Shown here: positions 42,141 to 53,200 of the stretch, one piece after another
Position numbering within the stretch: the stretch's first letter is position 1
How the letters are laid out: each line of letters starts with the position of its first letter
Origin: Amoebidium appalachense
Taxonomy: Eukaryota > Protista > Ichthyosporea
Reading direction: 5' to 3'
DNA length: 64,000 nucleotides
NCBI GenBank assembly: GCA_963693365.1
Contig: CAVNZM010000006.1
Span: forward strand, 7,295,264 to 7,359,263
Notes under the pieces: generated by a model
What the model was told of the DNA's origin: nothing
Seen by the model: only the letters and a program-made list of their open reading frames with translations
Databases searched by the model: none
Program-made: the position numbers and the translations under genes

Positions 42141-43182
42141 GAATTCCAGAAGGAGTTGCCCGACTTGTTCAGCTTCATGCTGCACACGTTCGAGTGTGGG
42201 TTGCGTGACCCTGTCGCGCACAAGTCCACATCAAGTGGTCCGCTGTGGTGTACCACGCCGACCAGCCAGACTACGAGGGCGGGGCCCACCCGGCGGAGAT
42301 AGCAAGGGTAAGTTTTTTGTGCAACTATCCGAACGTGTTGTGATGATCTGATCAGCACTATGATGTACTCGAGTGTGTGTTTTTGTGTTCATTAGATGCT
42401 AATAATATGTCTTCATGGGTCATTGTTTCTAAACGATGCTCTTCAGGTGGTCTACTAGATGTTCCCACATACTTGTAATATGGGATTTATATGGACATGT
42501 GAACAGTCTTGTGTATATCAGTCTTTGAGTTTCCGAGGTATGCGTGTTAGAGCTATGACCTTGACTACAGTATGTCAAATACATATAAAAATGTTCTCAT
42601 AACTACACTTCATATTCCCCACTAACCCCCCCCCCCCCCCCCCCCTAGAACGTCAAAAACTGGGACAAGATCTCCAAGGCCCGTGCCGATGCGGTGAAAG
42701 ATCTGGACCTGGCGGATGACGACAAGGCCAACAAGAACGCCAAGAAGCCGGACGCTGCAAAGGAGAGGGGCCCCAAGTCTGTCAAGCGGACTAGGGAAGA
42801 CGTCGACGACAGCAGCGAGGCCCAGGGCGGTGGCCTAAGCAAGAAGGACAAGAGTACGGTTGGGTCGCCGGTGGCCCCGGCCCCGGCTCCTAACCAGCAA
42901 GGTGATGAAGAGAAAAAAGAGAAAAAAGAGGGTGGTGAGGAGGAAAATGGGGGGGTTGAGGAGGGGGATGGCGTGAAGGGCGATGAGAAGGTGGAGGAGG
43001 AATTGGATGAAGAAAATGGGGAAGGGGGGCAAAAGCGTGAGGGATCTGAGAGTGAGGAGGAGAGCGAGGATGAGGAAGGAGGGAGGAGTCGAAGGCGGGA
43101 GAGGAAGGATAGTGAGAATGAGGGTGGGGAGGAGGAAGGAGAAGAGGGTGGGGAGGAGGAAGTGGAAGAGTATGAGGACTAG
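42141..43182 (+). CDS. Gene fragment of unknown function with basic stretch and highly acidic C-terminus
   Basis: Exon-like blocks 42141-42307 (cacag|..|gtaagt, probable internal indel) and ~42648-43182 (NVKNWDKISKARADAVKDLD..KRTRE..EEEVEEYED*). 5' exons were not identified. Confidence 0.4.
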
Positions 43183-43232
43183 TGGGATGATAGAAGGCCC
43201 TCCCTTCCCCCCCCCCCCCCCCCCCCCCCCCC

Positions 43233-43281
<49 letters not shown>

Positions 43282-43372
43282 ACCACCACCACCACCACCA
43301 CCACCCTCTTTTTTTTTTCTTTTTTTGATATTTTTTGGTGTCTAGTGTAGTCTCGAGCAGTCTCGACTCCCC

Positions 43373-43539
43373 GTCTCGACTCCCCAATGGGGAGTCGAGA
43401 CTTAGAAATTTGTTGTATTGCAGTCTCGCTCCTGTGCAACGAGACTTTTGTAACAAACTGTCTGGCGTGGTCTCTGCTCCAGTGGAGCGAGACAAAAAAA
43501 TACACACTGGTATCCGTCTCTGCTCCTGTGGAGCGAGAC
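43373..43539. repeat. Array of four GTCTC...GAGAC hairpins with unique 21-24 nt spacers
   Basis: 43373-43401 is a perfect 13-bp-arm hairpin. Related units lie at 43423-43445, 43470-43493 and 43516-43539; the last two differ by one base. Confidence 0.75.
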
Positions 43540-44409
43540 ACAAAGAAACATTTTTATATGCTCTTCATACTGTCTGATGTCATATTGTATGTGTCCTTAC
43601 ATTGGTTTTATGACGTATGATATATGATACCATTATCGTATACCTGGAACGCGCCGTTATGCATGTAAGGATGGGTTTATGACGTACCAAAAGCACATTG
43701 TGCATGTGCATAGAACACTCTTACAACATATGCAAGTGTACGTTACGACGTCAAATGTATTATATGTTTCATCTACATTATCTATCGTAACGTCCTCCTA
43801 TGCATCTGTTTACAACATCGAAACGTGATCTGTAGTAGGGTGCAAATCACATCTAATGATAGGTCATGGGTTAGCACAAACCCACCCATGGTATATCCCC
43901 TGGTTGTGGGCGTCTTACCGATTGGTTTTCGCTATATTGTTACTATTCACTCGATGGTTTTGCAGTGCTCCGTTGTAATTGCTTTACAACAAACTATAGA
44001 TATACATGGGATAGTCAACAGTATGCAATCAAGATGGGATTGTTACCATACACTCGACGTGTTTGCAGAGCTCCATTGTATGGCTTTACATCAAACCCTC
44101 GACATGCATAAGATAATCAACAGTATGAAATCAAGATGGCATTCTGATCCTCTAGCAAACGGTAGTACAACTGTCTAAATGCCCCCTAGTCGCCGTCATA
44201 TACCCACCGAATGGACGTCGTATGGCGGATCCATTGCTTGTCGACTGTATGTATACATTGCACATCCATTGCACATCAACACGTGGGATCCTATGCACAT
44301 CCATTAGTGCATCGGGTATCGGCTCGAGCATATTCCGACATATCCATTGGACGTCGACGAGCAATGATATGTATTTGGGGTTAGTTTTAGAGGGGATGAG
44401 GGGTTTTGG

Positions 44410-45400
44410 ATGTCGTCGGTTAGTTTTCGACAGCTTCTGGATGCCCAAACAAGTTTGCTGATGCAGCAACTGGTGGAGCAGCTCCTCAGTGCAAACACGT
44501 GGCGCGCATATCAAGCCGACGTAACCCAGTACCTCACCTTTTGCGCCACCCACGAGTTTGCAGCCTGGCCCCTTACCGAACACGTAGCTTTGGCTCATGC
44601 GGCTCACCAGGTCCTGCTAGCGCCCGTACCACCCCAGCACGTTAGACTGCAAGTTTGCCGCCCTGCGCCAGGTACACCTGCTGTGGCACATTCCCTATTT
44701 GGACCCGGCCATCCTTGCAACCATCAAGAAGTCCTACGGCAGGGCCCACCAGACCACCACCGCTACCCCGCCCGACCCAAAATGGTTTGACGCACCCTGG
44801 GTCACCGGCCTGCTCATCGCACAGCTGGGCCGGCAGGACCCCGACGGTGACCGCTGGCTAGCGGGGTTGCTGTTGAGCTACCTGTTTGGCCTACGGTGGA
44901 GCACCGCTGCTGCAGTACAGGTGGGGGACCTGACCTGGGGGGACCCCACCCACACTGGAGCCCGACGCCTCCACCTGACCTTTCGAACTATCAAGCAGGC
45001 AGCTGGCAAGCAGATTCGGCCCCCTGTGCGCCACCGCATGGTTCCCCCCATGTGCGCACAGCTGTTACTGCGCGCCTGCGCGCACGTCCGGCAGCCCACC
45101 AGCCCCCTCCTGCCGTGCCCCAACGCTACCAAGGCCGTCAGCTGGCTGCGCAGCGCGGTGCAGGCCCTCGGCGTGCTCCCCGCCCTGGCTACCGGCATCA
45201 CCTGGCACTGCCTCCGTCACGGCATGGTCGGCGCTGCTCGTGCAATCGGCATCCCCTTTGCAGTCATCAAGCACCTGGGGGTGTGGGACCTCACCGGCCA
45301 AACCCCTGAGGACAACTACGGGTTGGGCCACTGCCCTACCCCCGATGACCACGAGTACTTCAGCGAACTGCGCGAGTTGGACCCTGTGCGACTGTCGTAA
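44410..45400 (+). CDS. Tyrosine recombinase (DIRS/Ngaro- or Crypton-like), one frameshift at ~44625
   Basis: N-terminal core-binding motif ANTWRAYQADVTQYLTFC. Catalytic set LFGLR, TIK, WHCLRHG, HLGVW and EDNY gives R-K-H-R-W-Y. Split across ORFs 44410-44790 and 44699-45400. Confidence 0.85.
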
Positions 45401-46068
45401 ACTGTGCTCGAAAATGTACTGTATATTATGTAAAGTGTGGTCAGTCGCACCATGTCCGGCTCCCGATCACATCAAAACCACATGTAATCGGTGATTAGGC
45501 TGCATGATTCTGCAAATTCCGCATTAAGTCAACCAATAGGCACATTAGACCGCACCAGAACCCATAGAGATGACCAATCAGAGTAGACATTCCGCGCATT
45601 TTTGTCAGGTTAAAATTTAAGTAGCACAGGTCGCCACGAAAACTGGTCGGAAACACGTGAAAACGTGTTTTCTAGCTCCTCTAGTCCAACGGAGAACTCC
45701 TAGCACACCTAACAGCCGGGCCCAGAAAAACTCAAGCGGATAGAGGTACACGTTAGCTACAGGGGACACTAAAAGCCGTCCCCGTAGGCCGGCGGGCACG
45801 GGAGTTACGCGCCGGAAAGGAGCCCCCCCTTTTTTTCCCTGCACTTGACACAAAACCAACGTTTCCTCTTTCAGTGGTAGTGACCTTTGTCTGGGGGGAA
45901 AAACATTAACGGCACAGAATTCACACACACAGTAGCAGAGTAGAACGCGCACAGAGTAGCCGTATCCACAGATACCAGCATCCTGCACTCACCCTTTTCG
46001 CACACACAAAGTCAACAACCATCTAGCAAATAAACGCTACCCAAAACATAGCTGCACCCACCCCTACC

Positions 46069-48384
46069 ATGGAAAACCACATGGAGCTAGACGGGGACAC
46101 GTCCCTCACTGCAATATCCACCTTAAACCCACCCACACCCAATCACACGGATAGGGCAACCGAGTCGGTAGAAACCACACAACCGATGGGGGAAAGCATG
46201 GGGGTGGGAGCGAACCCTCATCATCCCCCGGGCTCTGGAGGAAACGAGCGCTTGTCGGGCAAAAGAGGAAAGGAGGAAACAGAGGAGATGGAGAGGTCTA
46301 CCTCACGCAGGACGGACTATGCCATACCAGGTAAAACTAACGCCCCCACCCTTTCCATACTGTGTCCCCTGCCAGCAGACGACGGACACTCTGAAGCGGG
46401 CTGGTTGGCTCGGGTGTATGACTTCGTCAGCACCCAGAACCTAGCAAACAGGTACCTGGTGCACAACCGAAACCAACGGGGCATAGAGATCATGGTAGGC
46501 ACAGAAGCAGAGTGGGAGGCACTAGTCACAGCACTGGTGGGGGAGGGCATTTTACCTGCCCCCCCACCCCACCCCTCCATCCGCCCGAACCCCACACGGT
46601 ACATGGTCCTAATCCCGAATAGAACGGTAGAAACGTGCAATTTTCCGAGGATAGGACGAGCAAGTGACGTGGCAACCGTGCTATATGCCATAGACCTTCA
46701 CCCAGTGACCGTAACCTGGCTCCCCCCAAACCCCAATTTCCGTATCGCCAGGGAGCACTGGGCGTATGAGGGTAATTATGAGGTGGTTTTTCCGGACGAC
46801 GAACACCATAGGAAACGCATAATAAATCTCCGAGAACACTTTAGGGTCAACCGGACCTCTCTAGTGGAGGAAACATACATGACGGCGGCCCCTGCAATGC
46901 ACAGGCACCGGGCCTGGGCTATCACCACACCCGGCTTAAACGAGGACACACGCCCCCCCCATCTCGAGGGGTACGATCATCGCCTCTATGAGAACACCAA
47001 CCCCACCCCCCGTGTGGTGGACACCCCTCCCGAGTGGCCCCAGGCCCGACCCTTTCCGACACAGGAGGGGCGGGGGGAGGAGTCAGAGGCAGTTCTGTTG
47101 CTAATCCCCATCCCACAGTCTCACATGTGTGGGTTGTGTTGGGAGCAATCCCACAAACTAACAGACACAGATTGCCCGTTTGTTCAGTGCCTAACCTGTC
47201 GGGAGGTGGGGCACGAACCGGATGAGTGCCCCAAAAACCGCACCAGCTGTCCGTACTGTAACCGGCCGTTACACGTACACGGAAACCCCAGTAACCCCAT
47301 CGCCACATGCCTGCAACGCCGCCGAAACTGCGGTAACTGTGGGGAACTGGGCCACCCCGCATATAAATGCCAACGGAAACCCCTTTTCGCACCGGGTATT
47401 ATCGTGTTGGTGGGCTTGAGTAGTCTAGACCCACCTGACGACTCTTTCTTCGCCACCGTGATTGAGTGGCGGGACTATGTACACGTCCAGGCACTCCGCC
47501 AGGCACTCACGTACTCCGGCCTTGGCCCCCCCGGGGAGGGGGCCACCCGGGAGGGTAGAGCCGGCAGAGCCCCAGAGGTGAATAAGTGTAGGGTCACAGG
47601 GCACCACTTCATCACCATGCCCATCCCCGTAAGCCACACGGACTACCCATACCTCCGGGACCACCCGGAGGGAATACTTCTGTCGTTTAATACCGGGGCA
47701 CCAAGCCCCCGCGAATACACAGTACGTGCCCGCCTCACCACCGTGGACAGGGCGACCGTGCTCCTCGACCACCCGCGGCTAGGGCAGAGCACACATCCCA
47801 CAGACAACACACCACCACTCGAGGCCCCAGACGAAGACGACCAATCATTGGCCTCCGCGCCGTCGCACCAGCCCTACCAGGCCCCGTCCCCACCTCCGCC
47901 GGTGTCGCCCACAGGGGACCCCGTGGCGGACCTGACGGCTCGAGTAAACCGGCTCGAACTACAGTTGGCCAGCCAGGGGGCCACCATACACAACGTGCAC
48001 CGTGAGGTGCAGGATACGACTGCCCAGCTGAGGGGTATGGAGCAGTCGATGGTTAGCATGCTCGAACGGCTAGGGGACCGCCTTGCCCTCACACTGGAAG
48101 CCCGTTTGGGCGGGGCTAGGGGGGGGGGGAGGGGGGAGGGGGGGAGAGCACTCTACCCCAGAGACCCGAGACCCCCAAGCCACCGAGCCATTGAGGCCCA
48201 CAGAGGCACAACACCCCAACAGCGGCGCCCCCCCCAACCAAGGCGGGGGCCCCCAGGGGCCCCCTCACAACGCCAACCCACACAGCCCACACGCCCATCC
48301 ACACCACACAGGTCCTCGGTTAACTCGACACGGGGAACTGACCAAGGTGCCCGTCCCCCATCGCATGGGGACGGGCAGGCATAA
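46069..48384 (+). CDS. ORF1/gag-like nucleic-acid-binding protein of a non-LTR retrotransposon (771 aa)
   Basis: Zinc knuckles CGLCWEQSHKLTDTDC, CLTCREVGHEPDEC, CPYCNRPLH..C and CGNCGELGHPAYKC; a C-terminal coiled coil (DLTARVNRLELQL..). Directly upstream of the APE-RT ORF2. Confidence 0.85.
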   Translation: MENHMELDGDTSLTAISTLNPPTPNHTDRATESVETTQPMGESMGVGANPHHPPGSGGNERLSGKRGKEETEEMERSTSRRTDYAIPGKTNAPTLSILCPLPADDGHSEAGWLARVYDFVSTQNLANRYLVHNRNQRGIEIMVGTEAEWEALVTALVGEGILPAPPPHPSIRPNPTRYMVLIPNRTVETCNFPRIGRASDVATVLYAIDLHPVTVTWLPPNPNFRIAREHWAYEGNYEVVFPDDEHHRKRIINLREHFRVNRTSLVEETYMTAAPAMHRHRAWAITTPGLNEDTRPPHLEGYDHRLYENTNPTPRVVDTPPEWPQARPFPTQEGRGEESEAVLLLIPIPQSHMCGLCWEQSHKLTDTDCPFVQCLTCREVGHEPDECPKNRTSCPYCNRPLHVHGNPSNPIATCLQRRRNCGNCGELGHPAYKCQRKPLFAPGIIVLVGLSSLDPPDDSFFATVIEWRDYVHVQALRQALTYSGLGPPGEGATREGRAGRAPEVNKCRVTGHHFITMPIPVSHTDYPYLRDHPEGILLSFNTGAPSPREYTVRARLTTVDRATVLLDHPRLGQSTHPTDNTPPLEAPDEDDQSLASAPSHQPYQAPSPPPPVSPTGDPVADLTARVNRLELQLASQGATIHNVHREVQDTTAQLRGMEQSMVSMLERLGDRLALTLEARLGGARGGGRGEGGRALYPRDPRPPSHRAIEAHRGTTPQQRRPPQPRRGPPGAPSQRQPTQPTRPSTPHRSSVNSTRGTDQGARPPSHGDGQA

Positions 48385-48538
48385 TGCCGACCCCATCCCC
48401 CCCGCCCGGACACCCGGCGCCGGCAAAGGGGGTAGCGCCCGACACCACACAAACACTCGGCACGGCGCAAAGTCCGGGTCCAGAGGCCACAGACATGATC
48501 CACCAGAACACAGCCCTGGAAGCACTTGAAGGGGAGCT
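48384..48538 (+). CDS. ORF2 N-terminal segment (MPTPSPPPGHPAP...ALEALEGEL) before the copia insertion
   Basis: The ATG overlaps the ORF1 stop (TAATG). Codon 51 GAG at 48534 is in frame with GAG CTA GTC at 54935. Confidence 0.7.
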
Positions 48539-49246
48539 TGTTATTTTGTGTGGGTAAACGGAGAAGCAGAGAGCACAGATGGGTGTTATGTAAAACACAA
48601 CACAAAGACACACGGGAAAAACACAACCGGAGAGGAGGAACGATTTCTGGAACCATAGGAAGTGAATACGACTGCTTGTGATTTATTTCAAGATGAGGTC
48701 CCTTTTATACTTGGGAATGTGAAACGATAAACCAATCAAAAGAATGAAAACTATGAGTGTAAAATATATCGAATAAAATGTCTGTCGACATTTAGAATAT
48801 AAAACTCAATCCTCTAATGAAAGAAACTTCTAATAAAAGCACGGAAACATTTAATAAAATGAAACCACTTATGTAACTATTAATTCATAACATATATTTA
48901 TACATGTTCTTATCATAACACGTCTAAATATAATTATTCCTAATAGTTGAAGAACATAGCACAATGCTACGTCGTGGGAAAGGAATGAGAAAGGAATGTA
49001 AGTTACTATATTTGGGAAAATACAAACGAGATATGATTGGATGACATATATAGATTTTGACGCAAACGACAATACGTGTGCGCGAGCTAAGTATGTCGAT
49101 ACGTACACAGATCTAAGATGTCGTGTACACGGAAACGGAAAAGAAAGAAAGAAATGAAGAAAGGAAAAGGAAACAAACTACAACAACTAATAAATAAATA
49201 CCAAACTCAACTTCTAAGTCTTGCTGAGAATTAAGTGAAGATGACA
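48539..49246 (-). repeat. Copia 3' LTR
   Basis: TGTTATTTTG...GATGACA, 708 bp; appears identical to 54227-54934. Confidence 0.95.
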
Positions 49247-49727
49247 TCCCCACTCAAGGGTTGGAAGTTGGGTTCTCGTGAAGTTTGTTGATGTGACTGT
49301 TGATGTTAAGACTTTCACACATGTAGAAGTAGGTGCCGTGAAGTCACAGTCAAGTTTCCCCACTCGAGAAGACAATGGAGAAGACTTGAAGGTGCAAGCC
49401 GGGGAAGAAAACCAAAACGGAAGAAGCACACAACGACGGTTGCCTCTGAAGACTCGGAAGATGACGGTAGCCAATGACGTGATATATAAATATATATAGA
49501 AGAAACAACTAGTGTATGTGTGACGTGTTGGTGGCTAATGATAAATACATTATATATATGGTGGTATATAAATAAACGACGGATGGTGGAGAAGAAATCC
49601 CCACTGAAGATGCACACACTGAAGATCGATGAAGACAGCAGTAGACTTTCGTTGGGAGGTGTCTCTACACGGTGATGTGTAGACCACTGGCCAGGGCCCC
49701 AACCTACTTGAAGACCACTGTAGATGA

Positions 49728-49780
<53 letters not shown>

Positions 49781-49781
49781 C

Positions 49782-50249
49782 TCAGTCACGAAGACTGAGT
49801 GAATCACGGTGCTGCTCGTGGGAGGGCCCGGGCAGGGGCTTGGTGAAGATGTCAGCCACGTTGTCTTTGCTGGACACGTAGGTGACGACCACATCCCCAC
49901 TCTTGATGTAGTCCTTCGTGTTGTGGTAACGGACTGCAATGTGTTTGGTCCGGTGCTTGATGCTGTTGGTGTGCAGGAGGGCAATGGTGGACTGGTTGTC
50001 ACAGTAGACGGGGGTGGGGTCGGTCATCGGGTAGCCGAGTTCACGGAGGAGATCACGGTGCCAGATGACGTTTTGAACAGCAGCATTGATGGCCAGAAGC
50101 TCAGCCTCGGTGGTGGATGTTGCCGTGATGGACTGCAGCTTCGAATACCATGTGATGGGTATGCCCTTGAAGAAGATGACGTATCCGGTGGTTGAACGAC
50201 GGGTGTTGGGGCAGTTGGCAAAGTCAGCATCAGAATAACACTCCAGCAA
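49782..50249 (-). CDS. Copia RNase H domain (out of frame with the upstream pol)
   Basis: YSDADFANCPNTRRSTTGY, STTEAE, VYCDNQS, RTKHIAVRYH, NVADIFTK. Confidence 0.92.
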   Translation of the reverse strand: MLECYSDADFANCPNTRRSTTGYVIFFKGIPITWYSKLQSITATSTTEAELLAINAAVQNVIWHRDLLRELGYPMTDPTPVYCDNQSTIALLHTNSIKHRTKHIAVRYHNTKDYIKSGDVVVTYVSSKDNVADIFTKPLPGPSHEQHRDSLSLRD

Positions 50250-53200
50250 GGGGGTGTTGTCGTCCGACGGAAGCAGACTTGTCGTAGTGAAGGCCGAGGT
50301 TGGAAGTGCCGATGAGGTACCGAACTACACGGAGTAGACATTCCCATGCAAGTTTGGTGGGGTTGGCACTGAATCTACCGAGGTAGCCGATGGCAAAGGA
50401 GATGTCGGGCCGGGAACAACGAGCAACCCACAAAAGACGGCCGAGTAGTTCACGGTAGGGAACCTTGATGGGTGGTGAGTCGTTCTCGTTGATGGTGATG
50501 ACGGTGCCGACGGGAATGGGAGTAGCCTTGGGGTGAGCATCGTTGAGGTTGAAGTCTCTGACGATGTCGTTGATGTAGGATTGCTGAAGCAGCTTGAGGT
50601 GACCGGGGGTGTGGATGAGCTGGGTGCCAAGGAAGATGTCGGGAAGGTCAACCTTGCAGAGAGCTGACTTCATGATGTGGTCTACTAGATCCTTGGTGTG
50701 GGAGGAGTTGGCCGTGCAGATGATGATGACGTCGTCCACATAGTTGCCAGTGAGGATGATGTCACCGTTGGGGAAGGTCTTGATGTAGACACATGGATCT
50801 GAACGGAGACGTTCGAGACCGTGAGCAAGGAGGACCTTGTCGAAGTACTCATACCAGGCCAGTGATGCTTGCTTGAGCCCGTAGAGTGCCTTCTTAAGTT
50901 TCCAGACCTTGTGTTCGTTGCCGGGGGTGATGAAGCCAGGTGGTGGCTCAATGTAGATGTCTTCTTGAAGAGGACTGTTGAGGAAGGCAGTTGAGACGTC
51001 GAGTTGATGAATCTCATGGTTGCCGTCCACACCGATGGCAAGGAGGGCACGGACGGAGGAGGACATCACCACGGGGGAAGAGGTGTCACCGTAGTCAACA
51101 CCGTAGACTTGAGTGAAGCCCTTTGCAACACCACGAGCTTTGATCTTGGTGTCACCGGCTGAGTTGAGGACTTTCTCAGTCACAATCCACTTGAACTTGA
51201 TGATGTTGGCACCAGGGGGGGGATCAACAATGGTGAAGACATCCTTGGTGATGAAGGCTTGGTACTCGGAGGTGAGGGCAGCTATGACGGCATCACCGTT
51301 GGGACCGTTGCAAAGCTTTTGAATGCCCTTGGGGAGCTGGTCAATGTTGATGGTCGGTGCTACGATGCTGACCAGTGCCGTTGGAGTCTTGGTGAGACGT
51401 GTAGACCGACGAAGGTTGGGCTTGGGGGGGTCCTTGAGGGGGGTGGTGGCCGGGTAGGTGGTGGAGGCCGGGATAGGGGCATGGAAGCCAGGAATAGGAC
51501 CGGTGGTGAGGGGGGCATCGGTGTCCACAGGGCTGCTCGTGGCCGAGTGGAAGGTGGGGGACCCAGGACGAACCGGAGTCATGTAGCCGGGTTGATGCAC
51601 AGCAACGGGGGGGGCCGGCAGCAAGGGTTGTTGGCCAGTGGGGGGGGGGCTCGGGGGAGGCACGGGTTCAACCGGGGCTGGTTGGTTGTGCCAGGACGGT
51701 TGGGAGATGACCACAGACGGAGTTTCATCGTCGTCGTCGGAGGGGGGGTCCAATGTCGGCAGATCGGGTTTGGGGGGAACGGAGACCTGATTGGTGCTGC
51801 CCGTGAATTTCGACTCGTCGAAGATCACATCACGGCAGATCTTGATTTGGTTGCTGGCATGGTCGAGGATCTTGTGTGCCTTGGAGGGTAGGTCCCAGCC
51901 GACGTAGGTGCCGACTCTGACGGTTGATGCCAGCTTGTTCCTCTTTGACCGGGGAACATGCACATAGGCAGGGGAGCCGAACACGTGGAGCTGGGAGACG
52001 TCGGGTTTGAAGCCGTGGAAGGCCTCGAAGGGAGTGTTGCCGTTGGCAGCAGATGACGGTGTGACGTTGATGATGTAGCTTGTATGCTTGAGAGCAGCAA
52101 CCCACAACTTGGGAGAGAGAGGTTGGTCCTTGTCGGCATGGAGGAAGCAACGGACTGTCTCTTGCAGTTCTCTCATCTTCCGTTCAACAACACCATTGTG
52201 TTGTGGTGTGTCGACGGGGGCAAACTCCATGATGATGCCTTTCTGCTTGCAGTAGGCCTCGGTGTCCTTGGAGGTGAACTCAGAGCCGGAGTCAAACCGA
52301 AGATGGGTGACGATCTCAGGTGTCTGACGTTCGATGGTTTCAACGAGAGACTGAATGTGGCTGAGGGTTTCACCACGGTTGTAAAGGGGGAACACGGTGG
52401 TGTAACCGGTGGCATCACAAACACACACCAGAGCAACCTTGTAGCCTCCGTAGGAAGCACAGGGAGCTTCGAAGAAGTCCAGGTGCCACTTAGCACCGGG
52501 AATGGTGAACTTGGAACGGGTGCCGGGAAAGGGGGCCTTGGTGGTCTTGCCAGACATGCAGCCGAAGCAGTCACTGTTGTCGGGTGACTTGAGGGAGGGG
52601 GGCATGCCGATGACAAGCTCATCCTTGGCCATCCTGGTGACGGTGGAGAGGGCACGGTGGCCGAGACGGTTGTGCCAAAGGGTGAGGTCGTCGGGTGGTT
52701 GAGTCCTTGCTGTGTAGGCTTGGACCCCCGGGTGTTTAGGAGTCTCAATCACATAGTCAGTGATGTAGTAGAGACCGTCGAGGGGGGTGAGATCTGTAAT
52801 AATGTCACCATTACGGCTGTAGAGGAACGACGGGTGGTTGTCTGTATCGTCACAATGACCTAGGAGGCCGGCAGCTGATGCCATGGAGGTAGACACGAGG
52901 AAAGACGGTGCCTCGGGTACGTAGTAAGCATTGATGCTGCACGGTGTTGGGTGGCCGTTGTAGTGCAGTGTCATGTTGATGATGCCACGTTGTTTGGCAT
53001 TGACTGTGCCGAGGCCGTGAATGGGGGTGGGAGGACACGGGGTAAGGGAGGAGAAATACTCCTTGATGGGGCAGATGTGTGCATTACAAGCACTGTCCCA
53101 GACGGGGTCGTTACTGTCAGGTGTGCCGGTGGAGGAGATGAGTGCAAATTTCACACTCTTGTCACCTTTCTCCTGCTTGGCACGACGAGCAACTGTGCAG

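Noticed and set aside
43373-43539. CRISPR array
   Set aside because: Only four divergent units with short spacers, no cas genes and a eukaryotic context; kept as a hairpin array instead.
44410-48384. Canonical DIRS/Ngaro retrotransposon
   Set aside because: No LTR-class RT/RNase H is linked to the YR, no ITR or split direct repeats were found, and the gag is coupled to an APE-type ORF2.
48869-49108. Identical 79-aa ORFs at 48869-49108 and 54557-54796
   Set aside because: Incidental ORFs inside the two LTRs.
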